Shown here piece by piece: positions 10,093 to 19,596 of a stretch of 64,000 nt of DNA (the first letter of the stretch is position 1; each line of letters starts with the position of its first letter). This DNA is from Candidatus Latescibacterota bacterium (GTDB taxonomy: Bacteria; Latescibacterota; UBA2968; GCA-2709665). The position numbers and the translations under genes are program-made. Under the pieces are notes generated by a model. It was not told the DNA's origin, did no database searches, and saw nothing but the letters and a program-made list of their open reading frames with translations. Location: the NCBI GenBank assembly GCA_963667175.2, contig CAXXXF010000006.1, positions 640,001 through 704,000 of the forward strand, in the 5' to 3' direction.

Positions 10093-10223
10093 TGGGAATC
10101 CTTCGGATCTGGAAATTGGGACGAGAAGACGCCAATTCTCCTAGGGCCTGGGCGAAATGGACAGTCGGATGTACGTATTGAGCGGGGCCGGCCGATAGCT
10201 AAACATCTCGTCAAACAGCAACT

Positions 10224-11522
10224 TCACGCCGCAGATCCGGATTCAGGCTGAAGTTCATGCGCCTCGGAAAAATCCCGCGCAGCGCGGAGTTGTTGCCTTG
10301 TGAGAGCCGGGAAATCTTTCAGAAGTTCGACATCGGACATTCCCCCATCCATGTAATCCAACACGTCATACACAGTTATGCGAGTACCCTTGAAGCAGGG
10401 TTTGCCGCCGCGAACGCCAGGACGGGTTTCAATGTAGTCTTCATAGGTCATACCGTGATACTCTGCTGCATCTTCCTTAACGCGGTTCGGTTCCCCGGCC
10501 AGCGAGATATCAAAATCCTCTTCAAAGTTCATCTCGCGATACCTTTCAGCATCACGCATGATTCGATTCCTCGCGGAGTCTACATCCGAACTCTCGCGGC
10601 TCTTGGCCAGTGAACCGTCGCCCGAACCGCCTCCGTAAGTACGGATCCGCCGTCTGAATCCCGCGACGTCCGCAAGTCTTATCCATTGTCTCTCATTGGT
10701 CGCGAGAACGTGGTTGTCGTCTGTCGAGTAGAGAAAGAAATCGATGTCCCCGCTGTCGTTCTTTCGGGGCAAGAGGCCCTCGGTCATCAGGCGAATCAGG
10801 TAGTGGGTGTAAATACTGGCGTAGCACTCTACCCTGGGAATTGCTGCAGTTATCGCGTTCACTCTCTTCCTGGTGATTGCGCCGATCTTTTCCTTGTCCG
10901 CTTTGAAGAAGGAACGCATTTGGCAACCGGCGATAACCTGAGCGAACCATTCTCTCGACCTCATTCCCGCCAGGAATCTCTTTTTCTCGTCGCCTCGGAG
11001 TTTTGGCACGGCCCCGGATCGACGATCAGAATTGGTGGCATACCATTTGCGAAACCCGGGAATATTCCCGGCCATCAGGCGAATGAGTGAATCAACCCAT
11101 TCCTGCTCGCCCTTATCGCGCCATGTCGCCGCGAACGGTACATTTAAGGTCCTGCGGACTAAATTCTCGTAATCAGGTACGCCTCTCCTGACCTCTTCAA
11201 GGCTCCGGCCTTCCGCCAGTGCGAGAACGGCGTCTCCATAGGAAGGAGCAGGTTCCGCCAACGGATAACCAAACGTCCCGGTCAGAAATGACTCGGGATC
11301 CGGGAGTTCATCGATCCCATGATGGAGTATTGCGCCTGCCGCCGCCTTACGGTCTTCAAATGACCGGCCATCGAGTTTAGATACCAGCTCAATGACTGAG
11401 ATTGGAGAATAACAGAGACGATCTCGGGGTTGCCAGAAGTCTTCTATTCTGATGTGACCTGAGCCCAGGTCGTATAACACGTGCGTCTCAAGAATTACCA
11501 TCCGTGCCATGGTCCGCTCCAC
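10224..11522 (-). CDS. PIN-like hypothetical protein fused to C-terminal DUF433 domain
   Basis: N-term VILETHVLYD and NDSGD...LATNE resemble PIN acidic motifs; C-term IETRPGVRGGKPCFKGTRITVYDVLDYM..GMS..ELL.DFP.LT is DUF433. Confidence 0.65.
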   Translation of the reverse strand: MERTMARMVILETHVLYDLGSGHIRIEDFWQPRDRLCYSPISVIELVSKLDGRSFEDRKAAAGAILHHGIDELPDPESFLTGTFGYPLAEPAPSYGDAVLALAEGRSLEEVRRGVPDYENLVRRTLNVPFAATWRDKGEQEWVDSLIRLMAGNIPGFRKWYATNSDRRSGAVPKLRGDEKKRFLAGMRSREWFAQVIAGCQMRSFFKADKEKIGAITRKRVNAITAAIPRVECYASIYTHYLIRLMTEGLLPRKNDSGDIDFFLYSTDDNHVLATNERQWIRLADVAGFRRRIRTYGGGSGDGSLAKSRESSDVDSARNRIMRDAERYREMNFEEDFDISLAGEPNRVKEDAAEYHGMTYEDYIETRPGVRGGKPCFKGTRITVYDVLDYMDGGMSDVELLKDFPALTRQQLRAARDFSEAHELQPESGSAA

Positions 11523-11796
11523 TCTACACTGCGCCAGTGTCGAATCATAAGTTCATCGCGATTACTATCCGATTCTCTGTGCCGTAGCATGGCGCCAACT
11601 CCCACACAATAAACAACACCATCGTTATCCAGAATGTCAACTACATTTTCGTCTCAATCGTAGGCTCAAACGCAGATTCGCGGACCTTGGGGCGTCCGAC
11701 GCCGTGCAGGGGCGAGGCCCCATTCAGAAGATCCCGATCCCGGTTTTCAAAGTGGGCTGATCGCCGTGCATCACTCAATCTGTAGCTGATGTCCAG

Positions 11797-14700
11797 TCAA
11801 AGCAACAGCCTCTTCCATTTCTCCGCCTCCGCATCCTCCATTTCGGCTTCCATGTTGTAGATTCGGGCAATCTGCTCCAATAGGCCTGCGACATAGGGGT
11901 ATACATCCACAAGTTCGTCTGCCCATTCGCCGTAACGCTTGGCCAAGTCCCGCTCCTGATCACCGTTTCCTTTCGTGTAAACGCCGCGACGATTCAACGC
12001 ACCTTCAATAAATGCTTGGCCGACATCCTCCAAAGACATCAATTCTAAGGCTTCGCAAACCGGTCGGCACGGCCAGACTCCACTCGCTTCTGGAGCGTGA
12101 GCCAACAAAGCGCCAATCTTACGCTCGCAGATCTTGGAAAGATCATGACGGTCACACCATGAGCGAAGCTTGTCAAGCCAAGCCTTCAAGTAGTCTGCAT
12201 CTATTTTACCGTTCTTGTCGGTACCAGGAATGTAGCGGATTCGGTTGAGAAGCCAATGAGCCCGCCGTGCGATTCCCAATTGTTGTTCACGGTTGTCCGA
12301 CCAAAATCCGGGCGGGTCCTCCCCGCCATCCGCACGTTCGTAAACGCATGCGATTACTCTCGCGAAGAGTTCAGGCGACGCGGCGATGTGCTTTTCGATA
12401 TTCGGAATGCCATGTTTCGTCCTGTCGAGACGCACAAGGTGGAGGTACTCAAGCTGGGCTTTTTCCTCTACGGTCACCCCAGACCGTCTGTCGAGTTCAT
12501 CAAACGCGGTTGAAAGATGATGGTTGTCAATCATTGGATCATCTCGAGAATCATCCGAAAATGCGGCAGGCAAGAAATAAAGTAGCCGTTTCAGTATTGA
12601 TGTCTCTACATGGTTCCACGCCACATACGCTGCACGAAATGCTGCGTTGGGACGACCCACTCCAAGCAGTCTATCCACAGATTCGTTGATTTCTTCAGCA
12701 GGGGAATCTTTCCACGTTCGCGGTTTGATTTTTTTCCAGTATGCATCCCGAACGTCTGGCGGTTTGTCGTCGAGCCTTCGCCATGTCGATGCTGCGAACG
12801 GCATACACAGGAGCAACGTGGCGAAGTGGTCCGGCTTCTTCAGGTTTTCAGTTCGGGAAATCTGCTCGTCGAGCAGGCCAGAGTCAGTCTTTCTCATAAA
12901 TCCGGCCAGGCAGGAACTTAGCGCCATTGAATTTTCGCTCGTCGCCGCTTGAAGACACGACTGAAAGAACTCGTCTGCATCGTGACGATCTGCCAGGATC
13001 CCCGCTATCAGTTCGCCGATCAAATCCGACGTGGTTTCATTTCCCCTGAGTAACCCAACTACGCCCTGGAAACCACGCTCCTCCCATATCTCACGTAACG
13101 CCTCTATCCGCAATTCGTTGAGCCGTCGCTCGTCTTCATCTCCGCACTCACTGTCATCGGCTTCCCGTGGCGGTAGTTCGACCCAATGTGTTGTGAATAG
13201 CCACCCATGGCGCAAGATGGAATCGCCTGGCAGCAGTATCTTAAGTACTTCGCGTTCCTTTTCTGGATGCGCAATTGACTCTTCCCGTACGTGTCGCATA
13301 CGTGCGGACGAATGGACACGCTGGCGCAGACTCGCCTTCTCATCGTCTGAGGGCTTCGAATTTGCCCAATTCGCGATGTGTTCCCATATCCTGAGTTGCT
13401 GCCGTTCATTAAATCGTCCAAGCCGCTCAACGAGGTCGCCCAGGTTGGCTTCATCGCGCACGTCACAATCCAAGAGCGATTTGGCACATTCGTGTATAAA
13501 CCTACGCTGTTCGGTCGTGGGAACCTCTATTACCGTCTTTACGCCGTCGTCCCGCCACCGTGGGCGGCGATTGGGGACCGCAATTTCGCACCCATCCAAT
13601 TCGCCGATACGTACAAACCAACCCAGAGACGGGTGGCGCCGGGAGAGAGCTTCCAAGGCTTTCAATCTTATATCAAGTGTGGCGGCGGTTTGTGGCATCC
13701 AGGAACGGAAAAATGACGCCAGCGTATCCCTGGGGCTGGGCGACCAGTTATCATCACTTTCGATTGCCGACATCTCACACAGCTTCGCTAAAAGCTCGAC
13801 GACACGTGGAAATCGTTTCGGGTTCCACGCAAGTACTTGCAGCGTCCATAGCAAGGGAGTCCTGAGCGAATGACTTAAGAAACTATGTCGCGGTATTTTC
13901 ATGAGTTCGCATATGACGGGATTGGGCTTCCGAACATCTGTCTCGATCAACGAAAGTATGACCTCGGGTGCTGCTTCCGCAAAATCAGGAAGGGCTATGC
14001 CGTATGACGTAATCTGGTCCTGTTCGAAAGGGCTTAGGAGCTTCTTGACGAAGGACGCCACTTCGGATTCAGCGTCGAAACCCATGCGCTTATGAAATAG
14101 ACGATTTCCGAAGACTGCCAGGAGTATGAGCGTCTCGCGAATTCCTCTTCGCAGTGCGTCGGAATGACTTGGCGCGTTTTCGAGAGGTTTCGCCGACAGT
14201 TCGTATTCTGGTGTCGAATTAGTGGAAGTCTCGTCTTTGCACAGGACGTCAATTGCAACCGCAAGAAAGTTATCCAGGTCAGTCCTGGTTACGAACGGAG
14301 AAATTCCGAACAGGGCATCAATCCTTGATACAACCCCCTGATGATCTCCTGCTGACCAGAGCGGCGGATCCTCAAGATCAAGCAGTTGCGCCAAGTCAAC
14401 CTCAACTCTGGCATAGTCGTCCTGGCTCCAGAGACGCTGAACTACCTCGCGGTCGCCAGGGGCCGCTGAGTTCCAGGCGCCTACCATTGCAGCCGGTATG
14501 AGTTTCCGGCCGATTTCAGCATCCACGGCCCAGCATGGCGTCTGCACTTCAGGTAATTTGGAAAGGCGACGCCGCAGGATCGTCAGCGAACAAGCGGATT
14601 CCCGAGCCAGCCTCTCGATCTTCTCGTAAGCATACCCGCTCGACTCAAGAGCTTTGTGAAAATCAAGAAAGTGCAGACGATCCAGTTCGATATCGGGGTC

Positions 14701-15885
14701 GCCGTAGACGCTGTTGCGAGGCCGTATAATCACCCGGCGGCAACGGCGCCGCAGGAAACCGATTCTCCGTTCGACCTCCGGCGTGGTTGCGATGGCGATA
14801 ATCGGTAATCTGTCCACGCTTTTCAATCGTTCCAGTGCGTTCGGCGTGTCAAACACTATCATCTGATGATCTAATCCGGGGATTCCAATCTTGGCGGAAC
14901 CCGCTAGACACCGCAGAAAAGCGAGCGCTTCATCCCGTGAATCAGCCGCAACAATTAGAGGACGATCGAGTTCCTCGTTGTGCCAATCTACAAATGGCTT
15001 CGCGAATCGACTGACGGTCGGCGCGATGAGGGCTGGCCATATTGGTGGTTCGCAGTCTTCGATCCATTCGCACCAGCATTGTTCGATCGATCGAAAGCCG
15101 TCGACCCGTCGGCTGAGACGTTCAGCGAACCAGATCTGAACCGCAGCGGATTGCTCGATCCATTGCTCCAGGTCACTCGCGTCGTATACCCTGACGTCCT
15201 TCCAATGGCCAGCGGCGGTTTTTTCCTTTGCCCAGTCTTGCTTCTGCTTCCAATCTCGCGCAGTCACAAAGACAAACGTCGTGTCATGCCGTTCCTTGGG
15301 TTGCACTGCTTTCAAGCTCTTCACATAGTCGATCTCGGCTTTACCCCTAATATCTCGTCTGCAACTGAGTTCCCATCCTGATTTTCCTGCCGGTATCCAG
15401 GGGGTAGGCACTGAGGTCTCAATTATGCCGTCCCACCCTTTACGTTCCGCATTGTCATAAGCAGGGAAATCTACACGTGTAAGATCCTGTCCGGTCGTGT
15501 GAACGAGCCTGCGCACTAATGCCGGGAGTTCCCGGCGGGCGCAGTTCCTCTGAGCCCATTTATGAATTTCAATTGCCCTGATTGGTGCCAGATGCGGAGC
15601 GTAAAGGCCGGCAGTAATGGACCCTACGTCCACATCGTCCTCGCTCTTGTCGAACTGAAATTGACGCTCCATCAGCATATCACGGTCCGCACCAAAGGTC
15701 CGCTCAAGCCGCATCGCCATCTCCGGCGAAAGATCCGCATTACCGTTCAGGAAATTTGAAAGCGCCGGGCGCCCGACGCCAAGGAGCTTTGCCGCCTTTG
15801 TGACAGTCATACGTTCGGGAATGACGTGACGCCTGACGTAAGCTCCAGGATGATTCCTATCATTTTTCCCATAATTCTGAGCCAT
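11797..15885 (-). CDS. Giant HigA-type HTH fused to restriction-endonuclease-like and helical domains; putative defence protein
   Basis: HPG.YVR..VIP..MTVT.AA..LGVGRPALSN.LNG.A.LSPEMA.RLE (HigA); GWDG...WELS...FVFVT...VRVYDASDLEQW nuclease-like block; 1362 aa. Confidence 0.7.
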   Translation of the reverse strand: MAQNYGKNDRNHPGAYVRRHVIPERMTVTKAAKLLGVGRPALSNFLNGNADLSPEMAMRLERTFGADRDMLMERQFQFDKSEDDVDVGSITAGLYAPHLAPIRAIEIHKWAQRNCARRELPALVRRLVHTTGQDLTRVDFPAYDNAERKGWDGIIETSVPTPWIPAGKSGWELSCRRDIRGKAEIDYVKSLKAVQPKERHDTTFVFVTARDWKQKQDWAKEKTAAGHWKDVRVYDASDLEQWIEQSAAVQIWFAERLSRRVDGFRSIEQCWCEWIEDCEPPIWPALIAPTVSRFAKPFVDWHNEELDRPLIVAADSRDEALAFLRCLAGSAKIGIPGLDHQMIVFDTPNALERLKSVDRLPIIAIATTPEVERRIGFLRRRCRRVIIRPRNSVYGDPDIELDRLHFLDFHKALESSGYAYEKIERLARESACSLTILRRRLSKLPEVQTPCWAVDAEIGRKLIPAAMVGAWNSAAPGDREVVQRLWSQDDYARVEVDLAQLLDLEDPPLWSAGDHQGVVSRIDALFGISPFVTRTDLDNFLAVAIDVLCKDETSTNSTPEYELSAKPLENAPSHSDALRRGIRETLILLAVFGNRLFHKRMGFDAESEVASFVKKLLSPFEQDQITSYGIALPDFAEAAPEVILSLIETDVRKPNPVICELMKIPRHSFLSHSLRTPLLWTLQVLAWNPKRFPRVVELLAKLCEMSAIESDDNWSPSPRDTLASFFRSWMPQTAATLDIRLKALEALSRRHPSLGWFVRIGELDGCEIAVPNRRPRWRDDGVKTVIEVPTTEQRRFIHECAKSLLDCDVRDEANLGDLVERLGRFNERQQLRIWEHIANWANSKPSDDEKASLRQRVHSSARMRHVREESIAHPEKEREVLKILLPGDSILRHGWLFTTHWVELPPREADDSECGDEDERRLNELRIEALREIWEERGFQGVVGLLRGNETTSDLIGELIAGILADRHDADEFFQSCLQAATSENSMALSSCLAGFMRKTDSGLLDEQISRTENLKKPDHFATLLLCMPFAASTWRRLDDKPPDVRDAYWKKIKPRTWKDSPAEEINESVDRLLGVGRPNAAFRAAYVAWNHVETSILKRLLYFLPAAFSDDSRDDPMIDNHHLSTAFDELDRRSGVTVEEKAQLEYLHLVRLDRTKHGIPNIEKHIAASPELFARVIACVYERADGGEDPPGFWSDNREQQLGIARRAHWLLNRIRYIPGTDKNGKIDADYLKAWLDKLRSWCDRHDLSKICERKIGALLAHAPEASGVWPCRPVCEALELMSLEDVGQAFIEGALNRRGVYTKGNGDQERDLAKRYGEWADELVDVYPYVAGLLEQIARIYNMEAEMEDAEAEKWKRLLL

Positions 15886-15924
15886 GGTCTCACCTCCAAT
15901 CCGATGGTCTCCTGACCTCCATCA

Positions 15925-15957
15925 AATATACTGTATTGCGTTACGCAACGCAATACA
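15925..15957 (-). promoter_or_regulatory. sigma70 promoter with overlapping palindromic operator
   Basis: TTGCGT-17-TATATT (minus); perfect IR TGTATTGCGTT-ACGC-AACGCAATACA at 15932-15957. Confidence 0.7.
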
Positions 15958-16065
15958 TTTTCTCTCATTCTCGCAGGAGGCGTTTCCGTACGCATCCTCA
16001 ACAATCCTTGTTCCGAAGGAATCCGTCGCGACCGCTACCGCAGCATCCATCGATACACAGACAAC

Positions 16066-16096
16066 AAAAATCCCGCTGCGAAATTTGTGCAGCGGG
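16066..16096 (-). terminator. Intrinsic terminator
   Basis: CCCGCTGC-N9-GCAGCGGG stem followed by ATTTTT on the minus strand. Confidence 0.55.
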
Positions 16097-16298
16097 TCTG
16101 TCAATGTCCTCTGTCAGGCCCGACTCTTCAGGCTGAGTCCTCACAAAAGTGGTGTTCGTCGAAATTCCGGCAAGGCCTGTTGCAGAGTCTGCCGGTCGCC
16201 ACAATGCGCGTGAGGCCGGTGCTATAGATGGCGTGGATTGTGCGGTAAATGATCGATAAGCTGCTGAAGGTTGTGGAGTTGCCCGGTTAGAGAGGCTG

Positions 16299-16646
16299 TT
16301 ATTTCGTATGTTCTTGGAGTTCTCTTACGAGTTTGGAATCTGGTGAATGCGCGTCTGCGTTTTCTTCAAGGTCTTCTCTCAAGAGGTTGGCAAGTCTCTC
16401 GCGTTCTTCCTTTATTGCCTCTTGTTTGATGGCTTGTTTGAGAAACATATCCGCACTCTCCAGGAAGAAGATTGTGATAATGACGGAAAAAATGCCGATG
16501 TCTGTGATATCTTAGATAGTTTCGATTGGAGGTTTTGGAGTATCGGGCGCGAGGTACCATACGGTACCGATCATAAATACAGAGACGGCAATAGCTATGA
16601 ACTGAAAAGGTGTCTGTCTTGTGCGCCCCAAATAGGTGAAATCATT
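16299..16646 (-). pseudogene. Degenerate two-TM plus coiled-coil protein
   Basis: One frame reads FQFIAIAVSVFMIGTVWYL...ETI*DITDIGIFSVIITIFFLES...AIKEERERLANLLRE...; internal TAA 16512-16514; no clear start. Confidence 0.4.
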
Positions 16647-16857
16647 TCGTGAGATTTAACAACTCAACTTGGCATGTCAAGGGATCACTATGCGTCACAA
16701 CGAGATACTTCATCTGTTCCGATCGAATCCTTATGGGATCGGGTGAGGGTCCATTCTGAGGATAACTGTGCTTGTATGCGGGTCAACGTCACGACAACGT
16801 CCATTCCTCGCCCGATATGATAACAAGGAGGGCATCAACCATTCCAGAAAGGAAGGT

Positions 16858-17115
16858 TTAGGGCGAAGGATCGGTCGCACGCCTTTGTCTGTCTGCCTCG
16901 GAATAGTCCCTCGCAGCACGGATGTGATCCGGCGTCAATTGGGGAAAATCAACCAACAATTCAGCCTCGGTCATTCCACCCGCCAAGTAGTCCAATACTT
17001 CATAGACTGTAATCCGAGTACCAATGATGCAGGGTTTGCCGCTACGTACACCCGGTCGGATTTCAATGTAGTCTTCAAAGCGCCTGAGCAGTTCCTTTCT
17101 CAAGGAATCGCACAA
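16858..17115 (-). CDS. DUF433 module without a clear start of its own (possible +1 frameshift fusion or relic)
   Basis: EDYIEIRPGVRSGKPCIIGTRITVYEVLDYLAGGM..AELL.DFPQLT; paralogue of the C-terminus of 10224..11522. Confidence 0.7.
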   Translation of the reverse strand: MCDSLRKELLRRFEDYIEIRPGVRSGKPCIIGTRITVYEVLDYLAGGMTEAELLVDFPQLTPDHIRAARDYSEADRQRRATDPSP

Positions 17116-17878
17116 ACGCTTCCCCGAGTTCGGTTACTTCCAGGAATTGAAGTGGACCAAGGTCGCCACGCCCTGCCGCGTGTGTATACAAAAGTGACTT
17201 GGCAAGTAAATCCTGGACAAGGAACCGATAGTTCGAATCCGAAATTTCGTAATGACCCGGCCGGCGATGCTCGCTGCTCGCGTCAGAGATATCCGTGTTC
17301 GATTCTTCCCTTTTCTTTGCTGCACGAAGATGTTCATCCAAAATGCGGATCTGCATTTCAGTTAACGATATCAGCAGGTCCAAGAAGCGATCGTCGAAGG
17401 GCGTACCTCCTCCATCCTGAATTCGGCCTGCGAGCACTCCCGCCAGTTTTTTCCGCTTTTCTTCCGCTTTGATTTTGGTGGCTCGTACCAGGACGTCTTC
17501 CAGAAAATCGACGAATTCTTCGCTTCGAATATACGCGGTATCGATCATCTCAGTTTCAAGAGCATGTACGTCTTTCGCCAGATCCTCGACGAATTTCTCG
17601 AGACGTTCGTGCTTAAGCCGTGCGCGCAGGTCGAAAAATGCCTCGTTTAGCACCGTCCCAACAATGGGTGTTGCACCCAATATCGAGCGAACTATGGACT
17701 CGGTCTCCTTCATCACGTAGATCTTTGCAGGTAACGGAGTATTCGCGACCACTCGACTGTGATCATCTTTTTCGCCAGCCTTTATACGGTCCATCAATCG
17801 GTCCAGATCGCCACCGCACTCTTTCAACAGTCTCTGCCTGGTCTGATGGACTTCCTCTGCAACTGGGTCACGATCCAT
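17075..17878 (-). CDS. Chimeric hypothetical: small antitoxin-like N-terminus plus Abi-alpha/DUF4393-like winged-helix protein
   Basis: GGAGA RBS, MDRDPVAEEVHQTR...GGDLDRL; then P.VG...E......RL..F...SEEF...EEKRK.LA.VL...LLISLT...DLL.KSLL...VTELG.AFV.F. Confidence 0.5.
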   Translation of the reverse strand: MDRDPVAEEVHQTRQRLLKECGGDLDRLMDRIKAGEKDDHSRVVANTPLPAKIYVMKETESIVRSILGATPIVGTVLNEAFFDLRARLKHERLEKFVEDLAKDVHALETEMIDTAYIRSEEFVDFLEDVLVRATKIKAEEKRKKLAGVLAGRIQDGGGTPFDDRFLDLLISLTEMQIRILDEHLRAAKKREESNTDISDASSEHRRPGHYEISDSNYRFLVQDLLAKSLLYTHAAGRGDLGPLQFLEVTELGEAFVRFLEKGTAQAL

Positions 17879-17890
17879 TATTCTCCCTAA

Positions 17891-19592
17891 GGCGGCTTCG
17901 CTTTGCTCAGCCGCAACCAAAAAGGTGGTAGTCAAGAGCAGTTTGTTTTGTGGTATGAAAAACGGCGTTCGTCCTTTATGATGGTGGTCCCAACCGCCAT
18001 CAACCCAAGGAGGAACGCCGTGAACGACTTCGTGGACCAATATAATGAAAAAATCAGTGGCGTGGTATCGTGTTTTGATCGGGTTTTGTTCAAGGGGTAC
18101 CTGCCGCTGGGATTTGGCAATGCGATGGAGCGTTTCATGGGTAATCAGGGTTTTTTGTTGAAGGACTTCAAGCGTTTTGTGACGTCGCATTCCAAAACGA
18201 TCAAAGCCCACGCGGAGGCGGTGGCGAGCAGGCACAAGCGCCCGTTCCTCTATCTCGACCGCAACACCGTCAGGAAAGAGGAGGAAGCGCGACGCATCGC
18301 CCAACGAGATGGGATCACCCGCGGCCTGGTCTGTGTGTTCCGCGCCGTGGAAGGCTGTCAGAGTTTCAAGCTGGTTCCAGGGGAAGGAAGGCCTCGCCTG
18401 CTCAACGCCCGGCGGAAGTGCCTGTGCTACTACTTCTACTATATCGACCGTGAGTTCGGGTTGCTGCATATCCGCATCCAGTCCTGGTTCCCCCTGGTGG
18501 TGCAGGTCTGTCTCAATGGCCACGAATACCTGGCGCGCAAGCTCGATAAAAACGGCATTGCCTATGAAAAAGCAGACAACGCGTTTCTATGGATCGACGA
18601 CGTGGCCCGGGCGCAACGCTTTGCCGATCGTTTTGTCGAGAAGAATTGGCCGCGCATTCTCTCCGGGCTTGCCCGCAGGGTCAACCCCCTGCTCAAAGAC
18701 CTGCTTTCGGGAATGGACTATTACTGGGTCGTTGACCAGGCTGAGTTCGCCACCGACGTGATGTTCACAAGCCCCCACGCCCTGAAGGTGCTGTATGAAA
18801 ATCTGCTCAGACATACGGTGCTGTGCTTCTCCCCCCAGGACATCCTGACCTTCCTGGGACGCAAACTCCACGGCAACTTTCAGGGCGAAGTCCTCACGGA
18901 CTTCAAAAACAAACGCCAACCCGGCGCACGGGTCAAACACCGGATGTGTGAGAACTGGATAAAAATGTACGACAAACACGGGCGCGTACTACGCATAGAG
19001 ACAGTGATCAACCATCCAAGGCAGTTCAAGGTCCGCCGCTGGGGCATACGCCAAGGACAACGCGTGATGGGCTGGTATCCCATGGCCAAAGGCGTGGCCA
19101 ACCTCTACCGCTATCGGGAAATCTCATTGAAGGCCAACCAACACTACCTTCATGCGCTGGCAGCAGCACCAGACACCGCGAAGAGCCGTCACAGCCTCAC
19201 CACACTTGCCCGACCACGCAGGCACAGGGGGCGTACCTATCGGGGCTTCAATCCCGCCGACACCCGCGACCTCGACCTCTTCACCGCCGTCCTGAAAGGC
19301 GAACACGCCCTGATGGGCTTCCGCAATCGGGACATCCGAAAACACCTCTTCAAACAACCCAGAACCCTCGACCAGCGCCGACGGCAGGCCAACGCCGTCA
19401 GCCGACTTCTCAAACGCCTACACGTCCGAGGCCTGATCGCCAAAATCCCACGGTCCAGAAGATGGCGCGTCACACAGGCCGGACACGTCACACTCGCGAC
19501 TTCACTGACACTATACCACAAGCACACAAACCCTATCCAAGCAGCATGAACAAACTTCTACGCATCTTGCGTTGAAGTCTTACTGTAAGACT
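17891..19592 (+). mobile_element. Putative IS-like element with terminal hairpins and no TIRs
   Basis: Single 509-aa ORF; left hairpin GCGGCT-N11-AGCCGC, right palindrome AGTCTTAC-T-GTAAGACT; CTAA on both flanks. Confidence 0.55.
18020..19549 (+). CDS. Rep_trans-like putative transposase/initiator with C-terminal wHTH (family often labelled MarR regulator)
   Basis: AAGGAGG RBS + GTG; SCFDRV, KCL.YYFY.ID..FG..HIR..SWFP..VQV.LNGH, QAEFATD, IKMYDK, LRIETVIN; C-term GFRNRD...SRLLKRL..RGLI.KIP. Confidence 0.65.
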   Translation: MNDFVDQYNEKISGVVSCFDRVLFKGYLPLGFGNAMERFMGNQGFLLKDFKRFVTSHSKTIKAHAEAVASRHKRPFLYLDRNTVRKEEEARRIAQRDGITRGLVCVFRAVEGCQSFKLVPGEGRPRLLNARRKCLCYYFYYIDREFGLLHIRIQSWFPLVVQVCLNGHEYLARKLDKNGIAYEKADNAFLWIDDVARAQRFADRFVEKNWPRILSGLARRVNPLLKDLLSGMDYYWVVDQAEFATDVMFTSPHALKVLYENLLRHTVLCFSPQDILTFLGRKLHGNFQGEVLTDFKNKRQPGARVKHRMCENWIKMYDKHGRVLRIETVINHPRQFKVRRWGIRQGQRVMGWYPMAKGVANLYRYREISLKANQHYLHALAAAPDTAKSRHSLTTLARPRRHRGRTYRGFNPADTRDLDLFTAVLKGEHALMGFRNRDIRKHLFKQPRTLDQRRRQANAVSRLLKRLHVRGLIAKIPRSRRWRVTQAGHVTLATSLTLYHKHTNPIQAA

Positions 19593-19596
19593 CTAA

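Noticed and set aside
16105-16140. Hammerhead-like CTGAAGA + GTC/GAC stem on the minus strand
   Set aside because: The required GAAA after stem II is absent (AGAG) and there are no convincing stems I/III
17879-18523. 215-aa N-terminal extension of ORF 17075..18523
   Set aside because: Antisense shadow of the Rep_trans-like gene and its left end; a good RBS+ATG exists at 17878
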